The notes beneath the pieces are model-generated. The model did not search any database. It saw only the letters and a program-made list of their open reading frames with translations, and was not told the origin of the DNA. Shown here piece by piece: positions 43,900 to 52,896 of a DNA stretch of 64,000 bases (its first letter is position 1; the number at the start of each line of letters is the position of its first letter). This DNA is from Dehalococcoidia bacterium (GTDB taxonomy: Bacteria > Chloroflexota > Dehalococcoidia > Lucifugimonadales > UBA3495), in the NCBI GenBank assembly GCA_965221025.1, contig CBDCRJ010000001.1, forward strand, positions 197,850 through 261,849, in the 5' to 3' direction. A program made the position numbers and the translations under genes.

Positions 43900-45900
43900 T
43901 GTCGGCCCGTCGACGTCCATGTTCCACTTTCCCCACTCGGTAGCTGAGGCTGCCCCTTGAGCGTGGAAGAACCCCCGAAACCAGTTGCTCGCCCCGGTGT
44001 AGCTGCCCCCGCAAGGTGGCCCCGTTGTGCATCGAGGGCCTCCGTTTGGCCGGAACCCGTCCTTTCAAAAAAGTGTTCACTGAAGTTGTCCGGCGCACCG
44101 CGAAATCATCCGGCGTGCGTAGCTGAGTGGCCCAGGATGTCCGCTTCTCCCCCAGGCCCCATTTTCGTGTACTCCCCCTCCACATCGACCGGCGGCCAAC
44201 CGGATGGGCCAAACGGGGCCGCCAGCTGCGCCGGTTCGGAGTTCAGAGAGACCGGCGTCGGGACCCCGATCCGCCGCCAACGGACCCCGCCGCGCGGGTG
44301 ACGTGTCACGGTGTCCACGACCCGGCCAGGGCTGCGTCAGCGCTCCTCACGAGGGACTGTGAGCGCCGTTTCCGCCGCGTCCTGCACCCCCACGTCCATC
44401 CCCTTCCGCGCCCCGTTTTCCGTCGCACCCGCCCTTTTGCTGCCGCGTCGTGCCCCCCACCATCCAACGAGTTTCGTTGGATTTGGCCTGAACGCACTCT
44501 TTCAACGAAGTGTTCACTTTTCCTCTCCTGTAGGGGGTGAATTGCCCCTGTTCCAGCTACGAAATCGCCCTTCCGTCACTTCCCTGTCAAACTCAATCTC
44601 CTGTACAGCCCCTTCACATGGTCCACACCGTTCCGTTTCGACGGAGCCTGGAAGGTGCATCACATGTAATGCACCCCACAGGAGATACGCGCTGGATCGC
44701 CAAGGGATGACCTGGGCATACTCCGTCGGGCCGTGTCCCCGGCATCCCGGCCGGGTGATCGCCAGCTCCGCCGGACCGTCACCCCGGTCTCCCGCCACGT
44801 TTTGGGGCACGTCATGCACCCCCACTTCAATCGCCTTTTCCGGGGCCAAATGTCATTGGGACGCCCCTCCCACGGTCCCGTAAATGTCATTCCCCACGTT
44901 TGGCGATGTCATTGCCGTCCGGAACGCGCCCTTTCTAAAAGTGTTCACTAGTTACGTCCTGTAGAGGGGCGATTTACCCCCGTTTCAGCTACGAAATCAC
45001 GACTCTGGCCGCTCTGTTGCAAAACTCAAACTCCTGTACACCCTCGCTACTGCGTGGAAGGGGCCTAAAAAAAGAGAGCCTATAGCACCCCGCATCCCTG
45101 CGCGACCCTACCGGGGAGCGGGCCTATAAGGGCGCGCATCCCTGCGCAACCTTATGAGAGGTCTTATTCCGCGTTGCGATTGTGCACACTCTCCTGCGAG
45201 AACAGCGACCCGAAGAGTCGCGGTAGACCATCGACCAATCGCCGGGCGACGGCACACTCCGCCGAGCAGCGGGAGGCAGTGCGGCGTGGGCTGCGGATCC
45301 TCGCCCGGGGGTGCATATATGGGCGGGGGACATACATGCACCCCCTCATGGGAGGTTCCGAACGGCCATCTCGCCGTTCACACTGGAGGGAGGACGCCGA
45401 AACACGACGGCTCCGAAGACCGCACGGTTGGCGTCGGGAACCACGACTGGGAGCGGAATGAGAAGGGCCAACGGACGGAACCCATCAAGAGACCAACGGG
45501 CGATGGCGTACACCGCCGAGCAGCAGGAGACGCTGCGGCGCGGTCTGCGCATCCTGGCCCGGATGATCGCCCGCGCCCACCTTCGGCGTCAGGCGGCCCG
45601 GTCCGTGACCGCGCCCAGACCGCCCGCGGAGGACGAAGACGGAGACTGAGCGGCTCACGGAACCGTCTTCCGACGCTCCCCATGTCAGTGTTCCACTTTC
45701 CCCACTTCGTAGCTACCGCTGTCCCATCGCCCCCGAAAACGCCATGTTCCACTTTCCCCATTTCGTAGCTGCGACTGCCCCATGACCGTGGAAGGAGCAC
45801 CGGAATCGGATTGCTCGCCCCGATTTAGCAGGCTGCCTCGTTCATCCCGATTCCAGCTACGGAACCGCCCGAGCTGCAACTTGCCGCCCCGTGCATTCTC
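43900..45900. repeat. Gene-poor field of dispersed and ~435-bp periodic repeats
   Basis: CTTTCnAnAAGTGTTCACT occurs at 44062, 44499 and 44931. CAGCTACGAAATC occurs at 44554 and 44986, with variants at 43287 and 45852. CATGTTCCACTTTCCCCA-led ~95-bp direct repeats start at 43918 and 45743, with a short copy at 45688. ATGTCATT x3 lies at 44848-44912. Confidence 0.6.
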
Positions 45901-46046
45901 CTGTACACGGGCATGACGCCGCCGACGTTCCCTCGAATCTCGCGCCCTGTGAGGGGGCTGTGCGCGTGCCCTGCTTGGCCCGTGTTCTCGCCGAAATCGG
46001 CCATTCCCCCTTGCGTTCTAGGTATCCTGTGGCCTACAATAGGGTG

Positions 46047-46337
46047 ATGGTCGAGATTCGCCAGACCGACGCCTATGCCCGCTGGTTCAGACGGCTTCGG
46101 GACAGGCAGGCCAGGGTGAGAATCGACAACCGCATCAGGCGGCTGTCACTGGGCAACCCCGGCGACGTGAGGCCGGTGGGCGAAGGGGTTTCGGAGATTC
46201 GAATCGACTACGGACCCGGCTACCGGGTGTACTTCGCGCAGATGGGGGAAGCCCTGGTCGTCCTTCTGGCCGGAGGCGACAAGGACAGCCAGGAGCGGGA
46301 CATACGAAGGGCGCTGGAGCTGGCGAGAGGACTGTAG
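46047..46337 (+). CDS. higB: RelE/ParE-superfamily toxin (HigB-like addiction module killer protein)
   Basis: MVEIRQTDAYARWFRRLRDRQARVRIDNRIRRLSLGNPGDVRPVGEGVSEIRIDYGPGYRVYF...LLAGGDKDSQERDIRRA matches the killer-protein pattern almost residue for residue. Confidence 0.85.
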   Translation: MVEIRQTDAYARWFRRLRDRQARVRIDNRIRRLSLGNPGDVRPVGEGVSEIRIDYGPGYRVYFAQMGEALVVLLAGGDKDSQERDIRRALELARGL

Positions 46338-46347
46338 GGAGGCAGCT

Positions 46348-46656
46348 ATGGCAAAGACGCAGACAAGGCCGTGGGACCCGGCGGAGCACCTTGAGACCGA
46401 GGAGGACATGGCGGCATACCTGAACGTCGCGCTGGAGGAGGGCGACCTTGGCCTTATCTTGGCGACCCTCGGAGACATCGCCCGCGCCAGGAGAATGGCG
46501 ATGGTGGCGCAGGAGACGGGGCTGGGCAGAGAGAGCCTGTACAAGTCTCTGTCCGCCGACGGGAACCCGGAGTTCGCCACCGTGCTGAAGGTGGTGCGCG
46601 CACTGGGACTCAGACTTCAGGCCGCCGCAGGGCCTGGAGCGAACGACGCCGCTTGA
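46348..46656 (+). CDS. higA: HigA-family antitoxin (HTH)
   Basis: PAEHLETEEDMAAYLNVALEEGD...LGDIARARRMAMVAQETGLGRESLYKSLSADGNPEFATVLKVVRALGLRL. Confidence 0.85.
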   Translation: MAKTQTRPWDPAEHLETEEDMAAYLNVALEEGDLGLILATLGDIARARRMAMVAQETGLGRESLYKSLSADGNPEFATVLKVVRALGLRLQAAAGPGANDAA

Positions 46657-46715
46657 GGGCGTCGCAGGATTGGACGACACGACCGAGAGACAGACGATTG
46701 CAGAGGAGGACAGCA

Positions 46716-48404
46716 ATGAAGAAGAATCACCTACAGCCGCTCACGCCGGCGGCGCTCTACGCCAGGGTGTCCAGCGACCGGCAGGACGTGGACCTGTCCG
46801 TGTCCGCACAGTTGCGGGCGCTCAAGGAGTACGCCAAGGCCAACGACTACTCCGTGGCCCGCGAGTACGTGGACGAGGCCGAGAGCGGCCGCGTCGCCGA
46901 CCGGCCCCAGTTCAGGGAGATGATCGAGGAGGGCGGCAAGCCGAAGGCCCCCTTCGACGTGATCCTCGTATGGAAATTCAGCCGCTTCACCCGCAAGCGC
47001 GAGCACGCCGTAGCGTTCAAGTCCCAGCTCCGGCGCAAGGGCATCCGCGTGGTGTCCATCACCGAGCAGGCCGAGGACAACGCCACCGGCAGGCTGCTTG
47101 AGGGCATCATCGAGAGCGTGGACGAATATTACAGCGAGAATCTTGCCCAGGAGGTCGTCCGGGGAATGAGGGAGGCCGCGTCGAGAGGCTTCTTCCTCGG
47201 CTCCAACGCCCCCTTCGGCTACAGGAAGATCAAGGTCAGCGACGGGGCGAAGGAGCGCCCCACCCTGGAGGTTGACCCGGCAACCGCCCCGGTGGTGAGG
47301 GAGCTATTCGAGAAGTCCCTGCGGGGCAGCGGCCTCAAGGAGATATGCAAGGAGCTGAACGACCGGGGCATCACCAACCGGGGCAAGCGCTGGTACAAGG
47401 GAACGCTCCACTACGTGCTGAGAAACGAGGCGTACACCGGAACCGCCGTCTGGGGGAAAGCCAGCAAGGGACAGGAGGCCGCAGACCCTGTAAGGGTCGA
47501 GGGAGCGTGGCCCGCCCTGGTGTCGAGGGAGCTGTTCGACGACGTGCAGCAGGCGATGAGCGACCGCGCCCCGAAGGTGCAGAGGCCCGGTAGAGTGGGG
47601 AGCAAGTTCCTGCTGAGCGGTCTGCTCAAGTGCGGGGTGTGCGGCAGGCCCTACTCGGCCCAGGGAGCCAAGAGCGGCCAGTTCGCCTACTACATCTGCG
47701 GCACCCTGTTCAGGGAGGGAGCGGGGACGTGTAGCGCCCGCTACCTGAACGCCCCCAGGCTGGAGACATTCGTGGTGGAGAAGATAAGGGAGCGGATACT
47801 GAACGAGGAGACCATCGTGGCGCTGGTGACGCTGGTGGCCGAGGAGATCGACGCGATGGCCGGGGAGCTGTCCGGCAGGCTGGAGGTCGTCGAGGCGGAG
47901 CTAGGGGACGTGAGGAAGCGTCTTGAGAAGCTCTACGAGGCCATTGAGACGAGCGAGTTGACCCTTGAGGTCCTGTCGCCCCGCATCATGTCTCTGAGGC
48001 ACCGTGAGGAGCAGCTGGAGGCTGCGAGAGAGGACGCCGAGACCCAGCTTGAGCAGAGGAGAGTGGAGCTGCCCAACACCGAGGAGATAGTGCGGTACGT
48101 TGCGGACTTCCGAAACTTCTTGCAGGAGGGGACGATCCCCGAGCGCAAGGCGCTCATCCGCAACTTCGTGGAGGGCATCGAGGTGATGGGAGACGAGGCG
48201 ACGCTGACGTACACGGTCCCCATGCCCAGCGACGGGGTGATGTCGGAATCGGCCTCGGTTCTTGATTTCGTCAAGTCCAGCCCACTTTTTGCGACCTTGC
48301 GGGAGACTGAATTCATAACTCTCCGGCCCGTATGGTCGTTGTTCATCGGTGGACGATTACGGCCAAGTGGACGAATCGTTACTTGTTCAGTGGAATGCGA
48401 ATAG
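46716..48404 (+). CDS. Large serine recombinase
   Basis: ALYARVSSDRQ catalytic Ser context, the FSRFTRK...ITEQ resolvase domain, the recombinase domain, the zinc ribbon CGVCGRPY...YYICG and a long coiled coil. ATG 46716 follows GAGGAGGA. Confidence 0.9.
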   Translation: MKKNHLQPLTPAALYARVSSDRQDVDLSVSAQLRALKEYAKANDYSVAREYVDEAESGRVADRPQFREMIEEGGKPKAPFDVILVWKFSRFTRKREHAVAFKSQLRRKGIRVVSITEQAEDNATGRLLEGIIESVDEYYSENLAQEVVRGMREAASRGFFLGSNAPFGYRKIKVSDGAKERPTLEVDPATAPVVRELFEKSLRGSGLKEICKELNDRGITNRGKRWYKGTLHYVLRNEAYTGTAVWGKASKGQEAADPVRVEGAWPALVSRELFDDVQQAMSDRAPKVQRPGRVGSKFLLSGLLKCGVCGRPYSAQGAKSGQFAYYICGTLFREGAGTCSARYLNAPRLETFVVEKIRERILNEETIVALVTLVAEEIDAMAGELSGRLEVVEAELGDVRKRLEKLYEAIETSELTLEVLSPRIMSLRHREEQLEAAREDAETQLEQRRVELPNTEEIVRYVADFRNFLQEGTIPERKALIRNFVEGIEVMGDEATLTYTVPMPSDGVMSESASVLDFVKSSPLFATLRETEFITLRPVWSLFIGGRLRPSGRIVTCSVECE

Positions 48405-49788
48405 TCACGGTGGTGCTATGTCTAGGCCCTTCGCTTTCTGCGGTTATCGTGCCGCCATGCGCCTCGACTATGGCGCGAGTTATGGCCAATCCCAGACCCG
48501 TGCCGCCTATCCCACGACTGCGAGCCTGGTCGGTACGATAGAAGCGGTCGAAGACATGGGGAAGGTCTTTGGCATGGATGCCGATCCCGTCGTCGGTGAC
48601 CGAGACAAACAGCGCCTCGTCAGTATCCAGCCCGACCCGAATGACGATGTTCCCGCCGGGCTCGGTGCAATTGATGGCGTTGCTGATAACGTTTCCCAAC
48701 GCCTGGTTCATGCGCATCCGGTCGAGGCCCATGTCCGGGAGGTCGTCGTATAACTCCAGCGAAAGTCCCACGTGTCGGGCCTGGGATTGCGGTTGCCAGC
48801 GGTCCACCTCCGCGGAGAGCATCTCGCGGACCGAGCAAGCTTCTTGGGTGAGACTAAACTCGCCGCTATCGGTCTCAGCAAGCCAGTCCAGGTCGGTCGC
48901 GAGGCTAGCTAGCCTGTCCACCTCCTGGATGATGTGATCGGAGGCGCTCTCGGGATTCTGGAGTCCATCGCGCAGCCCCTTCGCCTCCAGCTTGATGACA
49001 CTTAACGGCGTATTCAACTCGTGGGAGACATCGTTTATCAGAAGCCTGCGGAGCTCTCGCTGGGTTTCCAGGGCGGAGGTCATTCGGTTGAACGCCGCGG
49101 TCATCCGCCCCAACTCGTCCGAGGATCTGACCGGTAGCCGGGACGAGTCCCCCTGAGCGATCGCCTGGGTTGCCTCGGTCAATGCCTTCACGGGCGCTGT
49201 GATCCGCTTGGACAGCCAGGCGGCCAGCAGGATGGCGACGCCGGCAGTCAGCGCTCCGCCAATCAGGACGATGAAAAGGAGCGTCCTGAGAAACCCGTGG
49301 GACTCGGTGGACAGGAACTCTTGGTTCACGTCCACGTAGACGTGGCCCACAGTCCGGTTCGAAGCCAAATCCGATACGGTCTCGCGATGACCTTCCAAAT
49401 TGGGTGCTGTGGCTCCAGATAACAGCTCAGACAGGTTGTCCTTCACCACACGTCCATCGGCGCCGACTATGACGACTCGCACCTGGTCTTGGTGAAACGC
49501 CCCGGAGTGCTCTCCCTCGCCTTCTTCCGACCGCTCCCTCTCGGGGACTTCGTCGTAGGTGTATCCGGCCTCAGACAGCGCCCTGTCCACAGTCTGCCAG
49601 CCACCGGCATCCGTGTACTCCCGGCTCAGATTCCGGGCCACTTGGAGCGCCTCTTCACCCCCTATCCGGTCCACGAAAACGCCCAGGCGAGACTGGGTGG
49701 CGTAGTAGCCCACGCCGACACTGGTCAGGACAGTGAGTACGACGACGAGGACGGTCGATGCCATGATTCGCCAGCACAGTGACATCAA
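48379..49788 (-). CDS. Sensor histidine kinase (TM-HAMP-HisKA-HATPase_c)
   Basis: DVSHELNTPLS H-box, NVISNAINCT N-box, DDGIGI and GGTGLGLAI. Confidence 0.9.
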   Translation of the reverse strand: MMSLCWRIMASTVLVVVLTVLTSVGVGYYATQSRLGVFVDRIGGEEALQVARNLSREYTDAGGWQTVDRALSEAGYTYDEVPERERSEEGEGEHSGAFHQDQVRVVIVGADGRVVKDNLSELLSGATAPNLEGHRETVSDLASNRTVGHVYVDVNQEFLSTESHGFLRTLLFIVLIGGALTAGVAILLAAWLSKRITAPVKALTEATQAIAQGDSSRLPVRSSDELGRMTAAFNRMTSALETQRELRRLLINDVSHELNTPLSVIKLEAKGLRDGLQNPESASDHIIQEVDRLASLATDLDWLAETDSGEFSLTQEACSVREMLSAEVDRWQPQSQARHVGLSLELYDDLPDMGLDRMRMNQALGNVISNAINCTEPGGNIVIRVGLDTDEALFVSVTDDGIGIHAKDLPHVFDRFYRTDQARSRGIGGTGLGLAITRAIVEAHGGTITAESEGPRHSTTVTIRIPLNK

Positions 49789-50462
49789 ACGTCCTCCACC
49801 ACGAACCTGTATCCCGCGCCGTAGACCGTCTGAATGGGCTGTCTGCCGTTCCTGGTGATCTGCTTACGCAGGCGGGCTACCTGGTTGTCGATAGCGCGGT
49901 CGAACCCGTCGAATTCGTCGTTGAGGGTCAACGAGATGAGTTGGTCGCGGCTGAGCACCTGGTTGGGGTGATGCATGAACGTCGACAGCAGACCGATCTG
50001 GGCCTGAGTCAACGCTATCGGCTCTTCATCGACCGTCACCATTGCTGTGGTCTCATTCAATGTGATGTTGCCGTGTGTCAGCACCTGCTGGATTCTGCCC
50101 TTGACGCGGCGCAGCACGGCCTCGGCACGCGCAATGAGCTCATCCGGGTCGAAGGGCTTGACGACGTAATCATCGGCTCCGCTGTCTAGGCCCATGACCC
50201 GCTCGGCGGGGGCTTCCTTGGCCGTCAACATGATTATCGGAACGTCCGACTCCCGGCGCAGGATTCTGCACAGCTCCACGCCGTCGAGACGGGGAAGCAT
50301 CAGGTCGAGGATTATCAGGTCCGGGTCCAGGTTACGGGCCAGGGCCAGACCGGACTCGCCGTCATGGGCAACCTCGGCGGGGAATCCGGCGCGCTCGAAG
50401 TACACCTTCACCCAGTTTGCGATCCTAGTATCGTCTTCGATTATCAATACTGTGCGGCTCAT
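49785..50462 (-). CDS. OmpR/PhoB-family response regulator
   Basis: VLIIEDDTRI, DLIILDLMLPRLDG and the winged-helix end IQTVYGAGYRF. Overlaps the kinase start by 4 nt. Confidence 0.9.
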   Translation of the reverse strand: MSRTVLIIEDDTRIANWVKVYFERAGFPAEVAHDGESGLALARNLDPDLIILDLMLPRLDGVELCRILRRESDVPIIMLTAKEAPAERVMGLDSGADDYVVKPFDPDELIARAEAVLRRVKGRIQQVLTHGNITLNETTAMVTVDEEPIALTQAQIGLLSTFMHHPNQVLSRDQLISLTLNDEFDGFDRAIDNQVARLRKQITRNGRQPIQTVYGAGYRFVVEDV

Positions 50463-50599
50463 CGCCAGCCCTCTAAGGAGATAACTCTAGAGGCAGTGCC
50501 CTTGTGAGGCACCGCCTCTATTCCCGGTTACGACACTGGTCGGATTATCTCACCTGGAGCCAGGTTTCGGCATCTCCCATCGGTCGATTCCGATTGGCT

Positions 50600-52156
50600 C
50601 TAGCCGCCGCCCCGGCGCTCGCCGCCGCTGCCGTGTTCGCCACCGGACTCGCCGCCACCTTCACCACCGCTTCCGCCGTGCTCGCCGGACTCCCCTCCGC
50701 TACTGCCATTCTCACCACCACCTTCGCCGCCCGACTGGCTCCCTTCGCTACCGGAACCAACCTCGGCGTGGGCCACCCATCCGGTGAACGACGCCTGCGT
50801 CGCAGGGAGGGTGACCGTCACGATTTCGCCGGGAGCCAGGGCCTGCGGAGTCGTCGGACCAAGCTCCGCACCGTTGGAGAGGTGCACTTCGATCCGCACC
50901 CGGTCCAGGACGCCGTTGGTCGTGTTCTCCACCGTGCCCTTGAAGGAGTTGCTCGGAGCGTCGTAGCTCAGGATCAGCCGGGCGCCGCCGCGAACCGCAT
51001 CGAAGGTCTCGTCCGGCGCCAGCATATTCACTGCGCCGCTGCCTTCTTCGCTGCCCCCGCTGGACTCGCTGCCGGACTCGGCGCCGCTTTCGCCGCTGCC
51101 GGATTCAGTGCTCGCTCCTCCTGTGTGAGGTACGGGGCCGGAGCCGGCGCAGTCGAACACTTCCAGGTGAACTACGTATCCGTCGAACGAAACTCCGGCA
51201 AGATTCGGTTCACTGGCCACTGACACGCTGGACGTTGCTTCCTGTCCGGGGCTCAGATGCCCCAGAACGTCGGGACCAAGCTCCCCAACCGTCGTCGTTC
51301 CCGACTTCAGGTGGGGTTCGGCCTGCACGTAGCAGAGAACCTGCGGGAGCGTGTTCTGCACCGTTGACTGGACGGACTGCGTTGCCGCATCGTACCGGGC
51401 GGAGACGGCCAGCCCGCCCAGAACGCCGTTCCACGTCTGGTCGAGGGGCGTGATGGGGCTGGACATGGCGGCTTCCATCGCGGCTTCATTGCTGGCTCCG
51501 CCACTCTCGGCGCCTTCGGGACCGTCGGGGCCGCTTTCGCCGCTCCCTGCACCGCTCCTTGCACCGCCTGCCTGGCCCGCCTCGCCTCCACCAACCTCGG
51601 CATGAGGCGTCCATCCGGTGAACGATGCCGCCGTCGCAGGCATGTCTATCGATACCACCTCGCCGGGGGCCATGTCTATGGGGGTCGTCGGTCCCAGCTC
51701 CACTCCGTTGGAGAGGTGCACTTCGATCCTGACCTGGCGCAGGATGTTGGTTGTCGTGTTCTCCACCGTGCCCTTGAAGGAGTTGCTCGGGGCGTCGTAG
51801 CCCAGGATCAGCCGGGCGCCGCCGCGCACCATGTCGAAGGTCTCGTCCGTCGCCAGCATGTTGGTGCTGGCCTCTTCACCGCCGCCGGAGCCTTCACTAC
51901 CGCTCTCACCGCCGCCTCGAGCGCCCTCTCCCCCGGATTCGCTGCCTTCGCCTCCGCTGCCGTGCTCACCCCCGGATTCGCCGCCACCTCCCTCGGAGAC
52001 GCTCTGGCTGGCCGTGGGGCGTTCACCATCGCGGCTGCCTTCGGTTCCCGTGTTGTCGGTGCACCCGATGACGAGCGCTGCGGAGAGCAAGGCCCCCACG
52101 AGCGCCCCCACCAGAAACGTCTTGGTCATCAGCTTCTTGAGCTTCCTGCGTATCAT
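50600..52156 (-). CDS. Lipoprotein with three related beta-rich domains and Gly/Ser/Glu/His-rich linkers
   Basis: Lipobox LVIGC. Domains 1 and 3 are near-identical (ETFD.VRGGARLIL.YDAPSNSFKGTVENTT...RIEVHLSNG.ELGPTTP). Linkers such as GGGESGGEHGSGGEG recur, including at the C-terminus. Confidence 0.7.
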   Translation of the reverse strand: MIRRKLKKLMTKTFLVGALVGALLSAALVIGCTDNTGTEGSRDGERPTASQSVSEGGGGESGGEHGSGGEGSESGGEGARGGGESGSEGSGGGEEASTNMLATDETFDMVRGGARLILGYDAPSNSFKGTVENTTTNILRQVRIEVHLSNGVELGPTTPIDMAPGEVVSIDMPATAASFTGWTPHAEVGGGEAGQAGGARSGAGSGESGPDGPEGAESGGASNEAAMEAAMSSPITPLDQTWNGVLGGLAVSARYDAATQSVQSTVQNTLPQVLCYVQAEPHLKSGTTTVGELGPDVLGHLSPGQEATSSVSVASEPNLAGVSFDGYVVHLEVFDCAGSGPVPHTGGASTESGSGESGAESGSESSGGSEEGSGAVNMLAPDETFDAVRGGARLILSYDAPSNSFKGTVENTTNGVLDRVRIEVHLSNGAELGPTTPQALAPGEIVTVTLPATQASFTGWVAHAEVGSGSEGSQSGGEGGGENGSSGGESGEHGGSGGEGGGESGGEHGSGGERRGGG

Positions 52157-52281
52157 CGTTTCACCTCCTTGTGAGTGTTCCTGACGCTACCCACGATAGC
52201 GGTGAAATGTCGCAGAAATATGTCATCGGTGGCCGTAGAGTACAATCGTCCTGATGAAGGCGAAAAACAGAAGAGGGGACG

Positions 52282-52512
52282 ATGACCTACTGGGTATATG
52301 AGGACGGTCCCACCAACAGGGCGCGTGTCCACAGGGCGACGTGCAACCGCTGCAACGATGGCAAGGGAGTGAAGGGCTCGCGTCTTCCCGACAATCGGTG
52401 GCACGGCCCATTCGGAACAGAACAGGAAGCCATTGACCGTGCCCTGAGCACAGGCCGTCTGGACGCCAGGGGGTGCTGGTTCTGTCTTCGAGGCATGGGA
52501 AGTCTTCGATAG
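52282..52512 (+). CDS. Small Cys-containing hypothetical protein
   Basis: MTYWVYEDGPTNRARVHRATCNRCNDGKG...WHGPF...CWFC has two CxxC-type pairs and a protein-like composition. Confidence 0.5.
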   Translation: MTYWVYEDGPTNRARVHRATCNRCNDGKGVKGSRLPDNRWHGPFGTEQEAIDRALSTGRLDARGCWFCLRGMGSLR

Positions 52513-52896
52513 CGGCCCAGCCCATCATCACGCCGCCGGATTCCACTTGCCCCTATAGGGGCGCAACGAAGATAATGGGGCCTGGTGTTGGGGCGTAGTG
52601 GCAGAGTTGAGGATGGCGGGCTGCGCCGGTCTTGCCTTACAAAGAACGAGCCTCCAACCCAGGTGGGCCGGAGGCTCGTGGGGCTAGGCCGGGGGGTTCT
52701 CGACCTGCTCCTTATATCAGGACCTCCCAGCGGAAAGTTCGCAATTCGGTACGTGCAGGCCCACCAACTTTCTTTTCTGTTATGAAATCATCCTCAGAAT
52801 TTTTGGGTATTGATGCGGTGCTTGGTGGGGTATTTGCAAAAATGCCGTCCAGACCCCAATATGTGACCAGGCGTTACCGGTAGGAGGTGTCGTGGC

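Larger units (their letters stand above)
41138..48404. mobile_element. Small integrative element (serine recombinase, HigBA, replication-relaxation-like protein)
   Basis: The gene content is typical of integrative/mobilisable elements. The recombinase ORF runs 26 nt into the convergent kinase gene. An orphan C-terminal ORF fragment (41191-41289, ...EDNYFWLVEHDGLVFGSGWHPDESGS*) lies at the left side. Exact ends are not determined. Confidence 0.55.

Noticed and set aside
44311-45768. ORFs of 190, 204 and 140 aa in the repeat field as real genes.
   Set aside because: They are R/P/S/T-rich with no motifs, their apparent internal repeats derive from the DNA repeats, and they overlap each other in different frames.
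43900-45900. CRISPR array.
   Set aside because: The repeats are not short, identical or regularly spaced by unique spacers. The periodicity is about 435 bp with degenerate units, and there are no cas genes.
48255-48300. A fifth copy of the tRNA-Val-derived repeat at the right end of the serine-recombinase element (gcccac...accttgcggga).
   Set aside because: Only two short blocks are shared, which is compatible with chance. Serine recombinases do not generate long direct repeats.
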